A DNA stretch of 64,000 nt from positions 320,001 through 384,000 of the forward strand of contig CAWHVC010000003.1 of the NCBI GenBank assembly GCA_963832745.1, read 5' to 3'. The notes under the pieces are model-generated. The model was not told where the DNA came from. It saw only the letters and a program-made list of their open reading frames with translations, and did not search any database. The stretch comes from Candidatus Bathyarchaeota archaeon. Its GTDB lineage: Archaea > Thermoproteota > Bathyarchaeia > Bathyarchaeales > Bathycorpusculaceae. Below, in pieces: positions 46,647 to 57,086 of the stretch; the stretch's first letter is position 1, and each line of letters starts with the position of its first letter. A program made the position numbers and the translations under genes.

Positions 46647-48995
46647 TCACTCCTTAGCCTTCCTGATCATTCTTGGAAGCATTGTCGGGTCAGGAATTAT
46701 TGATTCCTTCCAGCCTTTTGCTTTCAGAATTTCAGTGATTTCATCTTTCATTGTAATGGGTATGTCTGCTGGTGTTCGAATAAACCTGTCGATGTCTTGG
46801 GGCATTACGCCGTAGTGACGTTTGTGTAGGTCGATGTAGTGGGTCAGTTTTCCTGAACGTCCTTTCCATGTGTCGTTTGGTCTAATGCATAGTTTTGCAA
46901 TTGTGACCATTGCCTCTTGTGGCGTTTCGACTGTTTGGAAGAGGTGTTCTGGTGCTGGACCAACGTTTACTGTCTCGCCTGTGCGTGCATCGTAGACTTC
47001 CCAGTTTTCTGGTTTGTCTGATCTGCCTAAGAGCATACGACGGTATTTTGTTCCGTGAGGACCAACTAGGACTGGAACACCTAAGCTCCAGAAGCCAGCT
47101 GCGATTGAGGCTGCTTTCTGTGAATATGCACCCCAAGCTAAACCGACTGCGCCTACACGGTTGTGTATGTAGTCAGCGATTTCCTCATAGTTTCCTCTGA
47201 GGTTGCGTTTTGCAAAGATGTTTGCTACTTTGATTGCTGCGCCTGCGATGTGTGGGTTGGAAACACATGAACCAACGTTGAGAACTCCTCCAGCTTCGAA
47301 TCCGCCTGGGAATTCTTCGTAGAGGGTCTTGCCTTCTTCGTTCTTGTAGGAACCAGCGGACATTGCTGAGCAACCGGATGTTACTACAATGTATCTTCTG
47401 CTTGCGAATTCTCGGGCGATGTCGTAGACGTCTTTACCGCCGTTTGGATAGTTAGCGCAACCTACTAAGGCGACAATTCCTGGAATTTCACCTAAGACGA
47501 TTGGACCACCGACGCTGCGGATTTCCACGTCTGAGACTGCACCTCTGCCTGAACGACAATAGTTAGTTTCTGCGAGCATCTTCTTTTCGCCAACTTTGAG
47601 TATGTAGCTGTGGATTTCTAGTTTAACAGGACATGCTTCTTCACATCTTCCGCAACCTATGCATGCTTCATATAAATCTGCAAGTTTTGAGTAGTCTCCT
47701 TCAGCTGCAGCGCGGATGGCTGGTTCAATTTTGAGGTCTTGTGGGCAACTTCTTTGGCACATGTTGCAGTGGCGGCATTTCTTTGCGAGTTCTTTGATTT
47801 GATCTAATTCTGGAAGTGACTTCATCTTCTTGCGTAATGGCGCAACTTTTTGAGCCACTCTGACTGCGACTTCGCCGACTTTTTCTGGGTCAAGAAGCAG
47901 TACACCTGGAACTTTGCGGGTAACGAGGTCTTCAACAATTTGGTCTACTGGATCGTTTGTGCGGTCCTTGTAGCCTATGCAGTTTTTCTCAGATGCTGCA
48001 ATAACTGGTGCTTGAACACGTTCAGCTTCAAGTGAAGCATCTGTGCGGACACATTGCTCATCTAAGACGACTACGTCTGCAAATCCACCGCGTATGAATC
48101 TAAGTTCCCATGAAATCGGTCCAACGATTTTAGCACGGTCGTAATATCTTGTGTTGTCAATGGCAGTGCAGCATAAGCCGACTACTTCCATTTTATCGTC
48201 AAGTTTTTGTTCTTTCATGAAATCGATGATTCCGACTGAAGGAATAACGTTGTGACCAATGCACATGATGACTGGTTTTGTTGTGTCAACTGTTCCGATA
48301 CCCATCTTGATCAATGGAGCTTCTGGTTCTGCTTTCGGGAAGCCTAATGTTGAAATCTGAGCAATATCTGCGATTTCCATGCCTACTTGGTCCATTCTGC
48401 CTGCATGGAATGCTTTTGACTCAAAATCTAAATTGTTTGATTCTTGACCAGTGTGGGCAGCAGAAAGAAGGTGAGTGATTTGTGATTCAGTGTATGCTAA
48501 AATATCATCCAAGTCGCCGAGAGTGTCAGGTTTTACGCCTGTGATAAGTCTTGTAACCGGCGCTTCAACCTTAACGTTTAACCCGCCTACGTCAAGCGGG
48601 AATTTTCGGCCGTATACTTCAATTAAGTGGTCAACAACATGTCGAGCGTGCGCATTGTGAGTTGCAGCACCAATACAACAGGCAATTAGAACAATACGAG
48701 AAGACTGGTCTGCAATGTTGAGTCCACATGCACCGCGTTTTCCAGCTGTCAAGTCACATTTACCGTATGTACAAAGACAGCATAAATCACAATCAGGCAT
48801 GTAGAATGGCTTGTATTTATTAAGTAACTTCAAGTCCCAATCGCGAAGTGTGCTAATGTGGGGCATGGGGGTTGGACCCATGGGTTCATCCCAATTGTCA
48901 GTAACAACTTTGCCGATGGATAACTCAAGGTTTTTCACAAGGCCACTACTAGTTTTCATTTCGTCAATTTTTACACGAACGTTTTTGGTGGTCAA
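46647..48995 (-). CDS. cdhA: ACDS alpha subunit (CO dehydrogenase)
   Basis: CDLCCLCTYGKCDL, GHN, GLCCT, DEQC, two ferredoxin motifs, GSCVSN, SQKA. Confidence 0.97.
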   Translation of the reverse strand: MTTKNVRVKIDEMKTSSGLVKNLELSIGKVVTDNWDEPMGPTPMPHISTLRDWDLKLLNKYKPFYMPDCDLCCLCTYGKCDLTAGKRGACGLNIADQSSRIVLIACCIGAATHNAHARHVVDHLIEVYGRKFPLDVGGLNVKVEAPVTRLITGVKPDTLGDLDDILAYTESQITHLLSAAHTGQESNNLDFESKAFHAGRMDQVGMEIADIAQISTLGFPKAEPEAPLIKMGIGTVDTTKPVIMCIGHNVIPSVGIIDFMKEQKLDDKMEVVGLCCTAIDNTRYYDRAKIVGPISWELRFIRGGFADVVVLDEQCVRTDASLEAERVQAPVIAASEKNCIGYKDRTNDPVDQIVEDLVTRKVPGVLLLDPEKVGEVAVRVAQKVAPLRKKMKSLPELDQIKELAKKCRHCNMCQRSCPQDLKIEPAIRAAAEGDYSKLADLYEACIGCGRCEEACPVKLEIHSYILKVGEKKMLAETNYCRSGRGAVSDVEIRSVGGPIVLGEIPGIVALVGCANYPNGGKDVYDIAREFASRRYIVVTSGCSAMSAGSYKNEEGKTLYEEFPGGFEAGGVLNVGSCVSNPHIAGAAIKVANIFAKRNLRGNYEEIADYIHNRVGAVGLAWGAYSQKAASIAAGFWSLGVPVLVGPHGTKYRRMLLGRSDKPENWEVYDARTGETVNVGPAPEHLFQTVETPQEAMVTIAKLCIRPNDTWKGRSGKLTHYIDLHKRHYGVMPQDIDRFIRTPADIPITMKDEITEILKAKGWKESIIPDPTMLPRMIRKAKE

Positions 48996-49128
48996 ATTCT
49001 AACCTCTGTAAAGGTTTGGATAACTACCCAGCGTACAATGTTTTTAAACTTTTGGGGATTCTTTGTATAAAAGTCACGTGAGATAATAAGAAATAAAAAA
49101 AATAAAAAAATAGTATAAAAGAAATTTA

Positions 49129-49893
49129 CTAAAGATAATTAAGGCTTTCTAACATCTTTTTAACTGAAAGATACGCCGAGTTATCGTTTGGCAAATCAAT
49201 CAAAGACTTACCGTTAAGCACATAATCATCTAACTGTGGATCTTGAGCAATTTTGCCTAGATACTTGAACTTTAAATCAGCTTCAGCCTGTTTACCTAAA
49301 TCATCAGGGAAACGATAGCCGCCGATGAGGTAGAAGTTCTGGTATTGCATATCAACTTCAGTCATAATTCGCACAGCTCTACGCACGTGGTCTTGTGACT
49401 TCTTTGAATGGTCTAAAATGTCAAAAATGTCATCAACTTTTGAGGTGATACGCCTGTTTAGGTTTTCAAGACCAGCCGGAGAATCAATAAGTACATATTC
49501 ATAATTTTTTGTTAAAGATTCCAAGGCGCCTTTGAGTGCAGTATTTGGCATGCAGTAGCAGCCTTCAATCCACTTCGTTCCAATACCTAGAAAATCAAAA
49601 TGTTGACCTTCATAAAGCCCGTTTTCCCAGATACGGCTTTCAATGCGTTGCGCAGGGGGAACGCCAACTGTAGTGCCGCCACCTTGAATGAAAGTACTAA
49701 CAACTAGGTCTGCAATTGTTGATTTTCCTGCTTCTTTTAGGTCGATTCCCACCATTTCGGCAAGGTTTTGGTCGGGGTCAGCGTCAACAAGTAGTATAGG
49801 TGATTTACCTGCTTCTATAAAGCATTTAGTCATTAAGCCGGTAAAGCTGGATTTTCCTGTCCCGCCTCGCCCAACTGTGACAAGAGTTTTCAT
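49129..49893 (-). CDS. cooC: CooC/AcsF-like nickel-insertion ATPase
   Basis: GRGGTGKS, DADPD, GCYC, DSPAGLE. Confidence 0.88.
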   Translation of the reverse strand: MKTLVTVGRGGTGKSSFTGLMTKCFIEAGKSPILLVDADPDQNLAEMVGIDLKEAGKSTIADLVVSTFIQGGGTTVGVPPAQRIESRIWENGLYEGQHFDFLGIGTKWIEGCYCMPNTALKGALESLTKNYEYVLIDSPAGLENLNRRITSKVDDIFDILDHSKKSQDHVRRAVRIMTEVDMQYQNFYLIGGYRFPDDLGKQAEADLKFKYLGKIAQDPQLDDYVLNGKSLIDLPNDNSAYLSVKKMLESLNYL

Positions 49894-49909
49894 TTTTAAA
49901 ACGGTCTCC

Positions 49910-50716
49910 TTAAACTGATTGTTCTGTTTTTTTAAGCAAAAGCTCGCATATATTATCGATGGCTTTCACTGAAGAAATTTCCTTGTTTAATAGTGGAGTT
50001 TTTCCAAGCATATCAGATTCAGTTACTTTAGTATCAAATGGAATAAAGTCAAGCACTTGCAAACCATTTTTATCAGCAAAACTTTGGATAGCTGCTTTTT
50101 GCTCGTCGTTCATTACTCGGTTGCCGACAAGGTAAAGTTTCTGCATTCCAGCTTCTGCAGCCATATCATGAATGTGTTTTGCAATTTCTAAGGATTTAAG
50201 GTTAGAATCTGCAACAATAAGTAGTACATCTACCTGTCTTGCTGTGCCTCTGCCGATGTGTTCCACGCCGGCTTCAAGATCTAAAACTACTGCTTCATCT
50301 GTTTCGACCACTAGGTATCGAAGCAAGGCGCGAATGACTGCTGTTGGAGCACACATACACCCGGCACCCATTGAATGCACTGTTCCCATAACAATCAAGT
50401 TTACACCTAACGGGGTAGAGACAGAATACTCTTTAACGATGTCGTCAACCCTAAAATTTAAGTTATAAATGCCGTTGTAGCCTGAATCAGTTTTTGATTC
50501 TACCAACTGTTTGTTTTCAGAAATTGGCTTGATTTTTCGTGCTTCTTCAGCTGTTAAACCTAAAGTCAAAGCTAAATTTGGAGACGAATCAGCGTCGATT
50601 GCTATTGTTTTGTATTTTCTTTCAGCAAACCCCAAGGCTAATCCGCCAGCAATTAGGGTTTTGCCTACGCCACCTTTACCAGAAACTGCTATTTTCATAA
50701 TAAAGTCACTGACCAA
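49910..50716 (-). CDS. cooC: CooC-like nickel-insertion ATPase
   Basis: GKGGVGKT, DADS, GCMC, DLEAGVEH. Confidence 0.9.
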   Translation of the reverse strand: MVSDFIMKIAVSGKGGVGKTLIAGGLALGFAERKYKTIAIDADSSPNLALTLGLTAEEARKIKPISENKQLVESKTDSGYNGIYNLNFRVDDIVKEYSVSTPLGVNLIVMGTVHSMGAGCMCAPTAVIRALLRYLVVETDEAVVLDLEAGVEHIGRGTARQVDVLLIVADSNLKSLEIAKHIHDMAAEAGMQKLYLVGNRVMNDEQKAAIQSFADKNGLQVLDFIPFDTKVTESDMLGKTPLLNKEISSVKAIDNICELLLKKTEQSV

Positions 50717-51247
50717 TGAATTGCTCGTGGCGAATTAATTTACGTTTCCTTGAAAAATGCAACTATTGGATGTTTAACAAAGAAGAAAAGCAGTATCCCA
50801 TCATTACAACTGTATCTTGAAGCAGTTGTAGTATTATCTGGATTACTAAAATTTCCTGCAAGAACGACTGAAGGTTGAAACCAGCAGATTTTGACCACCA
50901 GAAATGTTGGTTTCTTGGAGGAAATCCCATTCAGCCGTTTTGCAAGATTAAAAAGGGTATGGGGTTTTCACTTTGCAGCCTTGGTTAGTATTGAACTGCG
51001 GGAGGGTGTGTATTGTGGAGAGCCTAAACATGGGGATGACTGAGGATAGTTTGATGTTTAGGGGTGCTGCAGGTGGCTGTTTTGTGTGTATACCCATTTC
51101 AGTAACACCTTTTTATAAAAAAGTAATACTATAAGCAGGTATTTAAGCATTCTCAAAACAAGCAAACAAAACCACCATAAAGCACAAAAACCAAAACCAA
51201 CCACAAACAACTTAAAGACTCAAACAATGACAAATAAATGAAACAAA

Positions 51248-51535
51248 ATGCTATCCAAAACTCCAAACACAACAGACAAACTATCCAAAGAAACCTTAGA
51301 TAAAGAAATCCTAAGAGCAGGCATAATCGCCGAGTTAGACGCCATCAACCTCTATGAACAAATGGCAGTTCTATCAAGCAATCCACTTATCAAAAAAATG
51401 CTCCTTGACATAGCCAAAGAAGAAAAAACCCACGTAGGCGAATTCCAAACATTGCTCTTAGCTTTTGATGCCGAACAAGCTAAAGAGTTAGAAGAAGGCA
51501 AAAAAGAAGTTGAAGAACTAAAAGACGAAGCCTAA
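51248..51535 (+). CDS. Short ferritin-like/rubrerythrin-family protein (EncFtn-like)
   Basis: AELDAINLYEQMA...DIAKEEKTHVGEF di-iron motif. Confidence 0.85.
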   Translation: MLSKTPNTTDKLSKETLDKEILRAGIIAELDAINLYEQMAVLSSNPLIKKMLLDIAKEEKTHVGEFQTLLLAFDAEQAKELEEGKKEVEELKDEA

Positions 51536-51565
51536 ACCATACACTTTTCATTTTTATTTTAGGAC

Positions 51566-52096
51566 TCAGCAGTCTTTTATTTGTTTAAGCAACGTTTTTC
51601 TTGGATAAAACCCGTAACGACTGTAAAACCCAAACGCTTGTTCGTTACCTACAGCTACTTCAACGATTTTTGTGGTGACACCTTTCTTATCCATCCAAGC
51701 CAACGCTTTCTTCATTAACGCGTCACCGACCCCAAACCCACGGTAAGAAGGCGCGACAAAAACGGAGTCTATTTCACCAGTTTTTTCTTTATTTATGGTA
51801 CAAACGAGGTAGCCAACATTCTGAGTTGTGGATTTATCGGTGGCAAGATCAATGCGAATTTGAGTTTGACTTGCTTTTTTCTGTAAGTCAGCTTTTCGTT
51901 CATCAAAAGTGAAAATTTGATAATGCTGTTTAAAATATGGGGACAGAAGCAAATGGTGCTCGTTTAGCCCTTCCCATAACGTTTTTATCTCGTCAAGAAT
52001 CGTTTCGTTTCCATGCGCATATTTGATTTTTGGCTTATTTGCCGAAGTATCCTGCATGCTACCTACAACCGTGCAAGCAACAGTTAAACAAGGCAC
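51566..52096 (-). CDS. GNAT family N-acetyltransferase
   Basis: FVAPSYRGFGVGDALM, NEQAFGFYSRYGF. Confidence 0.9.
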   Translation of the reverse strand: MPCLTVACTVVGSMQDTSANKPKIKYAHGNETILDEIKTLWEGLNEHHLLLSPYFKQHYQIFTFDERKADLQKKASQTQIRIDLATDKSTTQNVGYLVCTINKEKTGEIDSVFVAPSYRGFGVGDALMKKALAWMDKKGVTTKIVEVAVGNEQAFGFYSRYGFYPRKTLLKQIKDC

Positions 52097-52189
52097 CTTT
52101 AGGCTTTTAGGTGTTTGGATAATCCGCGACTAAGCAAAAAGAGTCTTAAACTTTTTAGAGCAAGAACAACATAAAATAGCTGGATTAAA

Positions 52190-53026
52190 ATGGTAGAAAA
52201 TGGGGCTCAAGATGAAAAACCGTTTGAGCAGCAATCCTTGAAGGATTCACAGGATCAGGGCCTTGGGTTTTACAGCAGCATTTTTTCTGCAAAAACACCG
52301 ATTGAAGGTCAAGACGGCGGAGTAGCCACGTCACTTTTGATTAAAGGACTTAATGAAGACAGGTTCGACGCAGTCATAGTTGTGAAACGTACTCAAGGAT
52401 ATAACGCTCAAGCCATAGCTACCGAGAATCTTGGTGAAGTTCTTGCGGCGAAAGGAACAAAGTATCTTAAAATCAACGTTTTGCCCCAACTTCGAGAGCT
52501 TGCAGCGCAAGGTAAAAAAAGAATTGCTCTCACCTGTACGCCTTGCCAAGCCAGAGCAGCCAGAAAAGTCATGCAAAGTCTAAAGCAACAGTTTCCAGAC
52601 TTGGAAATTACCGTTATTGGGCTTTTTTGTTTTGAAGCTTTCAACACTGCCAAGTTAAAGGAGATAGTTAAACGGGTTTTAAACGTTGATTTGGATAGGG
52701 CTGAACGGACACAAATCCGTAAAGGCAAATTTTACGTGCATGTTGATGGACAAGAGTTTAGCTGTAAAATCCGTGAGCTTGACCAAGCGGTTGAGAAGGG
52801 ATGTCGTTTTTGTGGAGATTTTACGGCAATGTTTGCTGACATTTCTGTTGGTTCGATTGGCAGTCCACAGGGTTTTTCAACCGTTATTGTGCGGACGGTT
52901 AATGGTGAGGAGTTGCTCAAAGGATTGGATGCAGTTAGGACCAGTGCAGATAGCAGTGAAATCGTAAAACTTTCAAAATTTAAGGCTGAAAGAGCCCAAA
53001 AAAGCTGTTTGGAATTGAAAAGTTAA
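52190..53026 (+). CDS. Coenzyme F420 hydrogenase/dehydrogenase beta subunit-like (FrhB family)
   Basis: GQDGGVAT, GTKY, TPCQ, IGLFCFE, GCRFCGDF, ADISVGSIGS. Confidence 0.9.
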   Translation: MVENGAQDEKPFEQQSLKDSQDQGLGFYSSIFSAKTPIEGQDGGVATSLLIKGLNEDRFDAVIVVKRTQGYNAQAIATENLGEVLAAKGTKYLKINVLPQLRELAAQGKKRIALTCTPCQARAARKVMQSLKQQFPDLEITVIGLFCFEAFNTAKLKEIVKRVLNVDLDRAERTQIRKGKFYVHVDGQEFSCKIRELDQAVEKGCRFCGDFTAMFADISVGSIGSPQGFSTVIVRTVNGEELLKGLDAVRTSADSSEIVKLSKFKAERAQKSCLELKS

Positions 53027-53144
53027 AAATAACAACCGTTAACTTTGCAGTTTTTTATAAAAAGCGTCAAATCTCGGTAGGGAGCGGCTAACACAAAAGT
53101 TTTTTAACCCTAACTTCTCCCTCTCTTACCAAAGAGGAATCTCC

Positions 53145-53873
53145 ATGAAAATACTAAATGAGTTTGTTCCCACACGCAAATTCCTAAAGCTTGCTGATGA
53201 ACTAAAAGATTTAGTTGATGGATGGAACGTTACCGACAGCGCGGCTGGTTTTCCGGCTCCAAGCGGTGTTGTTGTAAGCTGCCTCCTCAAAAACAAGTAC
53301 CCTGAAAAATATGTCTGTCCAATCTTCATTCTACACTATAAAGGACCAGTAGAAGTAGGTGGATTAGCCTTAGCTTCAGATGTTATTGGTCTTGACGGTT
53401 TAGCAGTAACCATGGGTGACAAGCCACACTATGGTGAACCCATAAAGATGCTTCCCTCATCAGAAGCAGCAAGAGACTTCATACGAAACGACGTTAAAAC
53501 AAAGAAACTACCACTCGGCTGTCTTTTAACTGCAAGACGCTCAATTGAAGAAACACTTCAACGCGTACGTGAACCATGGGACTTCGTATACTTCATGAGG
53601 CTAAACGATGATTCACTTGAAGCACTCAAAGCAGTATCAGCAGAATGCAAGAAACTCAACAAGCCACTGTTCGCATACTTCTTAGTAGGCACAGAAAAGA
53701 ACAAAGAAATCGTCAAAATAATCGGTTGGCCAGTAACAGCCACAATGGAACAAGTTGAAGAGAAAGCAGCAAAACTCGTCGGTCTTGTTGACGGCATCAT
53801 CGCAACATGCGCTGGTGACGCTGAGGGCGACAAATTAATGCTCCAGAAACTTCAAAAGTTCCGCACACAATAA
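53145..53873 (+). CDS. Divergent methylenetetrahydrofolate reductase (MetF)-like flavoprotein
   Basis: NEFVP, WNVTDS, LAVTMGDKP pattern of the MTHFR FAD-binding barrel; short (242 aa). Confidence 0.55.
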   Translation: MKILNEFVPTRKFLKLADELKDLVDGWNVTDSAAGFPAPSGVVVSCLLKNKYPEKYVCPIFILHYKGPVEVGGLALASDVIGLDGLAVTMGDKPHYGEPIKMLPSSEAARDFIRNDVKTKKLPLGCLLTARRSIEETLQRVREPWDFVYFMRLNDDSLEALKAVSAECKKLNKPLFAYFLVGTEKNKEIVKIIGWPVTATMEQVEEKAAKLVGLVDGIIATCAGDAEGDKLMLQKLQKFRTQ

Positions 53874-53882
53874 ACCCGTTTT

Positions 53883-53910
53883 GAGACGTATTTCGTCTCC
53901 TTTTCTTTTC
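53883..53910 (+). terminator. Hairpin plus T-tract terminator candidate
   Basis: GAGACG-TATTT-CGTCTC followed by CTTTTCTTTTC just after the stop at 53873. Confidence 0.5.
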
Positions 53911-54014
53911 TGAATCAAGACATTTTTTATAGTTCGTGTTTTCTTATGCGTGACGAGATAGACTTAAGTTGTTGTTATAATTTAGCAAGGTAAACAACTT
54001 AGGTAAGTTTACTG

Positions 54015-54776
54015 ATGAACACTGTCCAAGTTATTTCTGTAGAAGGCTTGCCTTTAAGCAAAAAAGGCGACAACATCGGACAATTAATTGTTGAGGCAGC
54101 AAAAAAGCAGGGCACACCGCTTCAAGAAAGAGACGTCATAGTTGTTACTCACGTGTTTGTTTCTAAAGCTGAAGGAAACATTGTCAACCTTGACACTGTA
54201 AAGCCTTCGGATAGGGCGCTTGAAATCGCAAGAAAAACAAACAAGGACCCCGCCTTAGTGGAAGTTATACTTCAAGAAACAAAAGAAATCGTTAGATTAG
54301 GCCCCAACAGCATAATTGCGGAAACCAGAAGCGGAACCATAAGCGCCAACGCGGGAGTTGACCGTTCAAACGTTTTAGGAGAAAGAAACGTTGTTCCATT
54401 ACCTAAAGACCCTAACCTGTCAGCTAGAAACATCCGGGCAGAGATTAAACGTTTAACAGGGGTCGAAGTAGCAGTTATTGTTTCAGACACACATGGTAGA
54501 CCATTTAGGATGGGCGAAATTAATGTGGCAATTGGCGTTGCAGGAATAAAACCTATCCGAGACAGACGCGGAGAAAAAGACCTTTTTGGCTACACTTTAC
54601 GGATTAAACAAACAGCCATTGCTGACGAGCTAGCTTCAGCAGCGGAACTTGTAATTGGGCAAGCCAACGAAGGCATCCCAGCGGCAATCATTCGTGGCTA
54701 CACGGTATATCAAGTCGCTGAAGACGTGTCAGCAATCGAGTTAACAAGACCTAAAGAGAAAGACATGTTTCGGTAA
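54015..54776 (+). CDS. cofE: Coenzyme F420-0:L-glutamate ligase
   Basis: VSKAEG, ANAGVDRSN, SDTHGRPFR, ADELASAA, IIRG. Confidence 0.95.
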   Translation: MNTVQVISVEGLPLSKKGDNIGQLIVEAAKKQGTPLQERDVIVVTHVFVSKAEGNIVNLDTVKPSDRALEIARKTNKDPALVEVILQETKEIVRLGPNSIIAETRSGTISANAGVDRSNVLGERNVVPLPKDPNLSARNIRAEIKRLTGVEVAVIVSDTHGRPFRMGEINVAIGVAGIKPIRDRRGEKDLFGYTLRIKQTAIADELASAAELVIGQANEGIPAAIIRGYTVYQVAEDVSAIELTRPKEKDMFR

Positions 54777-54822
54777 AAATACAATACATTCAAAAACAGT
54801 AAACAGAGAGATATTCAAGTTA

Positions 54823-55167
54823 TTGAGGAAACAAATTATGGAGTCGAAAACACCCCAAGAGTTTTTTGAAACCGCATTACCAGCCCGATTTAACCCAGAA
54901 AAAGCCAAAGGCATAGACGTTATAGTACAAATAAACTTGACAGGCAACACTCCCAGCGATTGGGTGATAACTATTAAGGACCAAAAAATCCAGTCACGTC
55001 AAGGAACAATTCAGGAGCCGACATTGACTTTAAGAACGTCCAATAATGATTTTCTGGATTTAGTAAACGGCAAAATGAGCGCAGAAAAAGCGTTTTTTAG
55101 CGGCAAAGTCAACTTTAAAGGTGACATTACCACCGCCTTAAAATTAAAAGATGCAGGCTTCCTTTAA
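54823..55167 (+). CDS. SCP2 sterol/lipid-binding domain protein
   Basis: AFFSGKVNFKGDITTALKL. Confidence 0.88.
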   Translation: MRKQIMESKTPQEFFETALPARFNPEKAKGIDVIVQINLTGNTPSDWVITIKDQKIQSRQGTIQEPTLTLRTSNNDFLDLVNGKMSAEKAFFSGKVNFKGDITTALKLKDAGFL

Positions 55168-55179
55168 AAACAGGGAAGT

Positions 55180-55725
55180 TTAATTCAAACCCAACTTTTT
55201 AATTACTGAAGCCGAAAGCTGTTCTTCACAGATTTTAAACGTTTCCGGTTCAGGAATCTTTACTATAACTTGCAGTTCATCAGCTGATAAATCTTCGACA
55301 AGACGCCTTATTTCAACCTTGGCTGCATCTAAATGTTCAGCAAGCATTTCAGGGGTTTTGTACAAAACGCCGGCTAAAGGACAAATCTTTTCAAGTTTAA
55401 GGTAATATTCAAGTTTTTTAGTGTTAAAGTTGATGTCCCAAGTTACTGGTCCAGCGCGGCAAGTTTCAGGTTTAACCGGATGTACTGAGCAACGCCTTGT
55501 TTCCTTGTTAAAGAGTTTGCACAGCAAATTTTCATCAACCGCTGGGTAAGAGTACGCTTCACACATAAACGGCTCTTCAACAGGAATTTTTTCTTTTTCA
55601 ATAAAGTCTCTTACGATTTTTTTGCGGTTTTCAGATAGAGGCGGCTTTGCATCTTGGCAACAAATAAACTTACATGTACCGCACACGTCAAAACTGTATG
55701 TTTTTCCATTATTGTCTTCTGTCAA
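55180..55725 (-). CDS. YkgJ family cysteine-cluster protein
   Basis: CGTCKFICC...C.LF...CSVHPVKPETCRAGP. Confidence 0.85.
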   Translation of the reverse strand: MTEDNNGKTYSFDVCGTCKFICCQDAKPPLSENRKKIVRDFIEKEKIPVEEPFMCEAYSYPAVDENLLCKLFNKETRRCSVHPVKPETCRAGPVTWDINFNTKKLEYYLKLEKICPLAGVLYKTPEMLAEHLDAAKVEIRRLVEDLSADELQVIVKIPEPETFKICEEQLSASVIKKLGLN

Positions 55726-55746
55726 ACTTGTTTCGCCTGACCTTTT

Positions 55747-56943
55747 TTAGAAGTAGGGTTCATTAGTGCTTAAGCACTTAATAAGCCTTGAATACACGGT
55801 GCAGATTGCTTGATGGAAACCTGACTTTTCTGACTCTAGGTGCACGTTTTTGCGTATGACTTCTGAGAGGCTACCTTCCTCGATGCGGCGTTTAACCAGC
55901 CACAGATACTTTTGTTCATCGGGGGTGGCATATTTTTCTGCCAACCGCATGTAGCCCTGACAAGTCTGCCGAGCAGTTTTACCGTTTGAAACATTTGCAT
56001 TTAACCCATCACGAATAACAGCATCAAGGTCGTTTAGTAACATCTCGCGTGGCAACAATTCCATGTTAGAATCAAGCAGTCCTCTTAGGGCGGCTCGGAC
56101 AAAGCATGCCAGTGCCACGTCAGATTTGATACATTCTTGCTCATCCATCACGCGAACTTCAAGGGCGGAACGGTCAAAACGGAAGATAACGCCACGCGAG
56201 TTAACCCATTCACGGTGCAACAGGGTTTTTGAAGCACCAGCAGCAGCCAAATCTTGTGAGTACCTTTCAATGACGTCATGTTTGTATTGGCTAAGTGTTG
56301 AAACATATTCGGGGATGACTCCGCCAGTTACCGTTGGAACTTCACGTTGATTAACCTTATAAAATTGTAAACGGTTATCGATGTCTGGGCCTTCTTTGCC
56401 TTCAAAAATCGGCGACGACGCTGCAACAGCAGGCAAATACGCGCACATATTTACGAGAAGGTTATGCATTTTCACAGCGTCGGCTTCTTTTTGATAGGGC
56501 AAGTTTAGGTGAAAGCTTTGAATGTTTAGCCAACCGTGTTGTTTAAGGTTGAAGATTTTTCCGTATTCCTGGTAGATTTTGCGGTGATAATGTGGCCAGA
56601 TGGCTGTATCTTCTAGGTTAAGTAGGGGATGCATTCCTGTGCCCAGCAAGCATGCATTATGACTGGATAGTATACCGTTGAGGACTGTTACGGCGTTTTG
56701 CATGGTTTCTTCAAAATGAAGGGGCGATTGGAAGGGCGTGTTGGCTTTAATTTCCATAACATGCAGCTGCATTTCTTTGCCAAAAGTGAATTGTGGCATT
56801 TCGATAAAGTTGATTATTTTTCCGCAGTACTGTTTTATGATTTTGTCGCTGATTGGCAGGGCTTGCAGGTTATGGTTTACTATTGAGTATTCATGTTCAG
56901 GTCCAAGGACTTCAAGGGGTTTGTACGTGAATTTTCCTCTCAA
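55747..56943 (-). CDS. Glutamate--cysteine ligase family 2 (GCS2)-type carboxylate-amine ligase
   Basis: GPEHEY, HVMEI, GMHP, QSFHLNL, ASSP, NSRG, ALEVRVMDEQEC. Confidence 0.88.
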   Translation of the reverse strand: MRGKFTYKPLEVLGPEHEYSIVNHNLQALPISDKIIKQYCGKIINFIEMPQFTFGKEMQLHVMEIKANTPFQSPLHFEETMQNAVTVLNGILSSHNACLLGTGMHPLLNLEDTAIWPHYHRKIYQEYGKIFNLKQHGWLNIQSFHLNLPYQKEADAVKMHNLLVNMCAYLPAVAASSPIFEGKEGPDIDNRLQFYKVNQREVPTVTGGVIPEYVSTLSQYKHDVIERYSQDLAAAGASKTLLHREWVNSRGVIFRFDRSALEVRVMDEQECIKSDVALACFVRAALRGLLDSNMELLPREMLLNDLDAVIRDGLNANVSNGKTARQTCQGYMRLAEKYATPDEQKYLWLVKRRIEEGSLSEVIRKNVHLESEKSGFHQAICTVYSRLIKCLSTNEPYF

Positions 56944-57086
56944 GGATGCTTTGTTATAGTGTGGTGTGTGAAGGCTTTTTTAAACTTGTCTTGGATGGCA
57001 AAATATTATTTTGTTCATTAAAAATATTCAATTTTTATATGGAGATAATCTACATTCCCCAAACGGTGGATAGGTAATCTTAAATA

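Noticed and set aside
42047-50716. ACDS/CooC cluster as a novelty
   Set aside because: Canonical archaeal Wood-Ljungdahl carbonyl-branch genes with expected motifs
50948-51097. 49-aa minus-strand ORF upstream of cooC with an AGGTG site
   Set aside because: No recognisable motif; cannot be supported without conservation data
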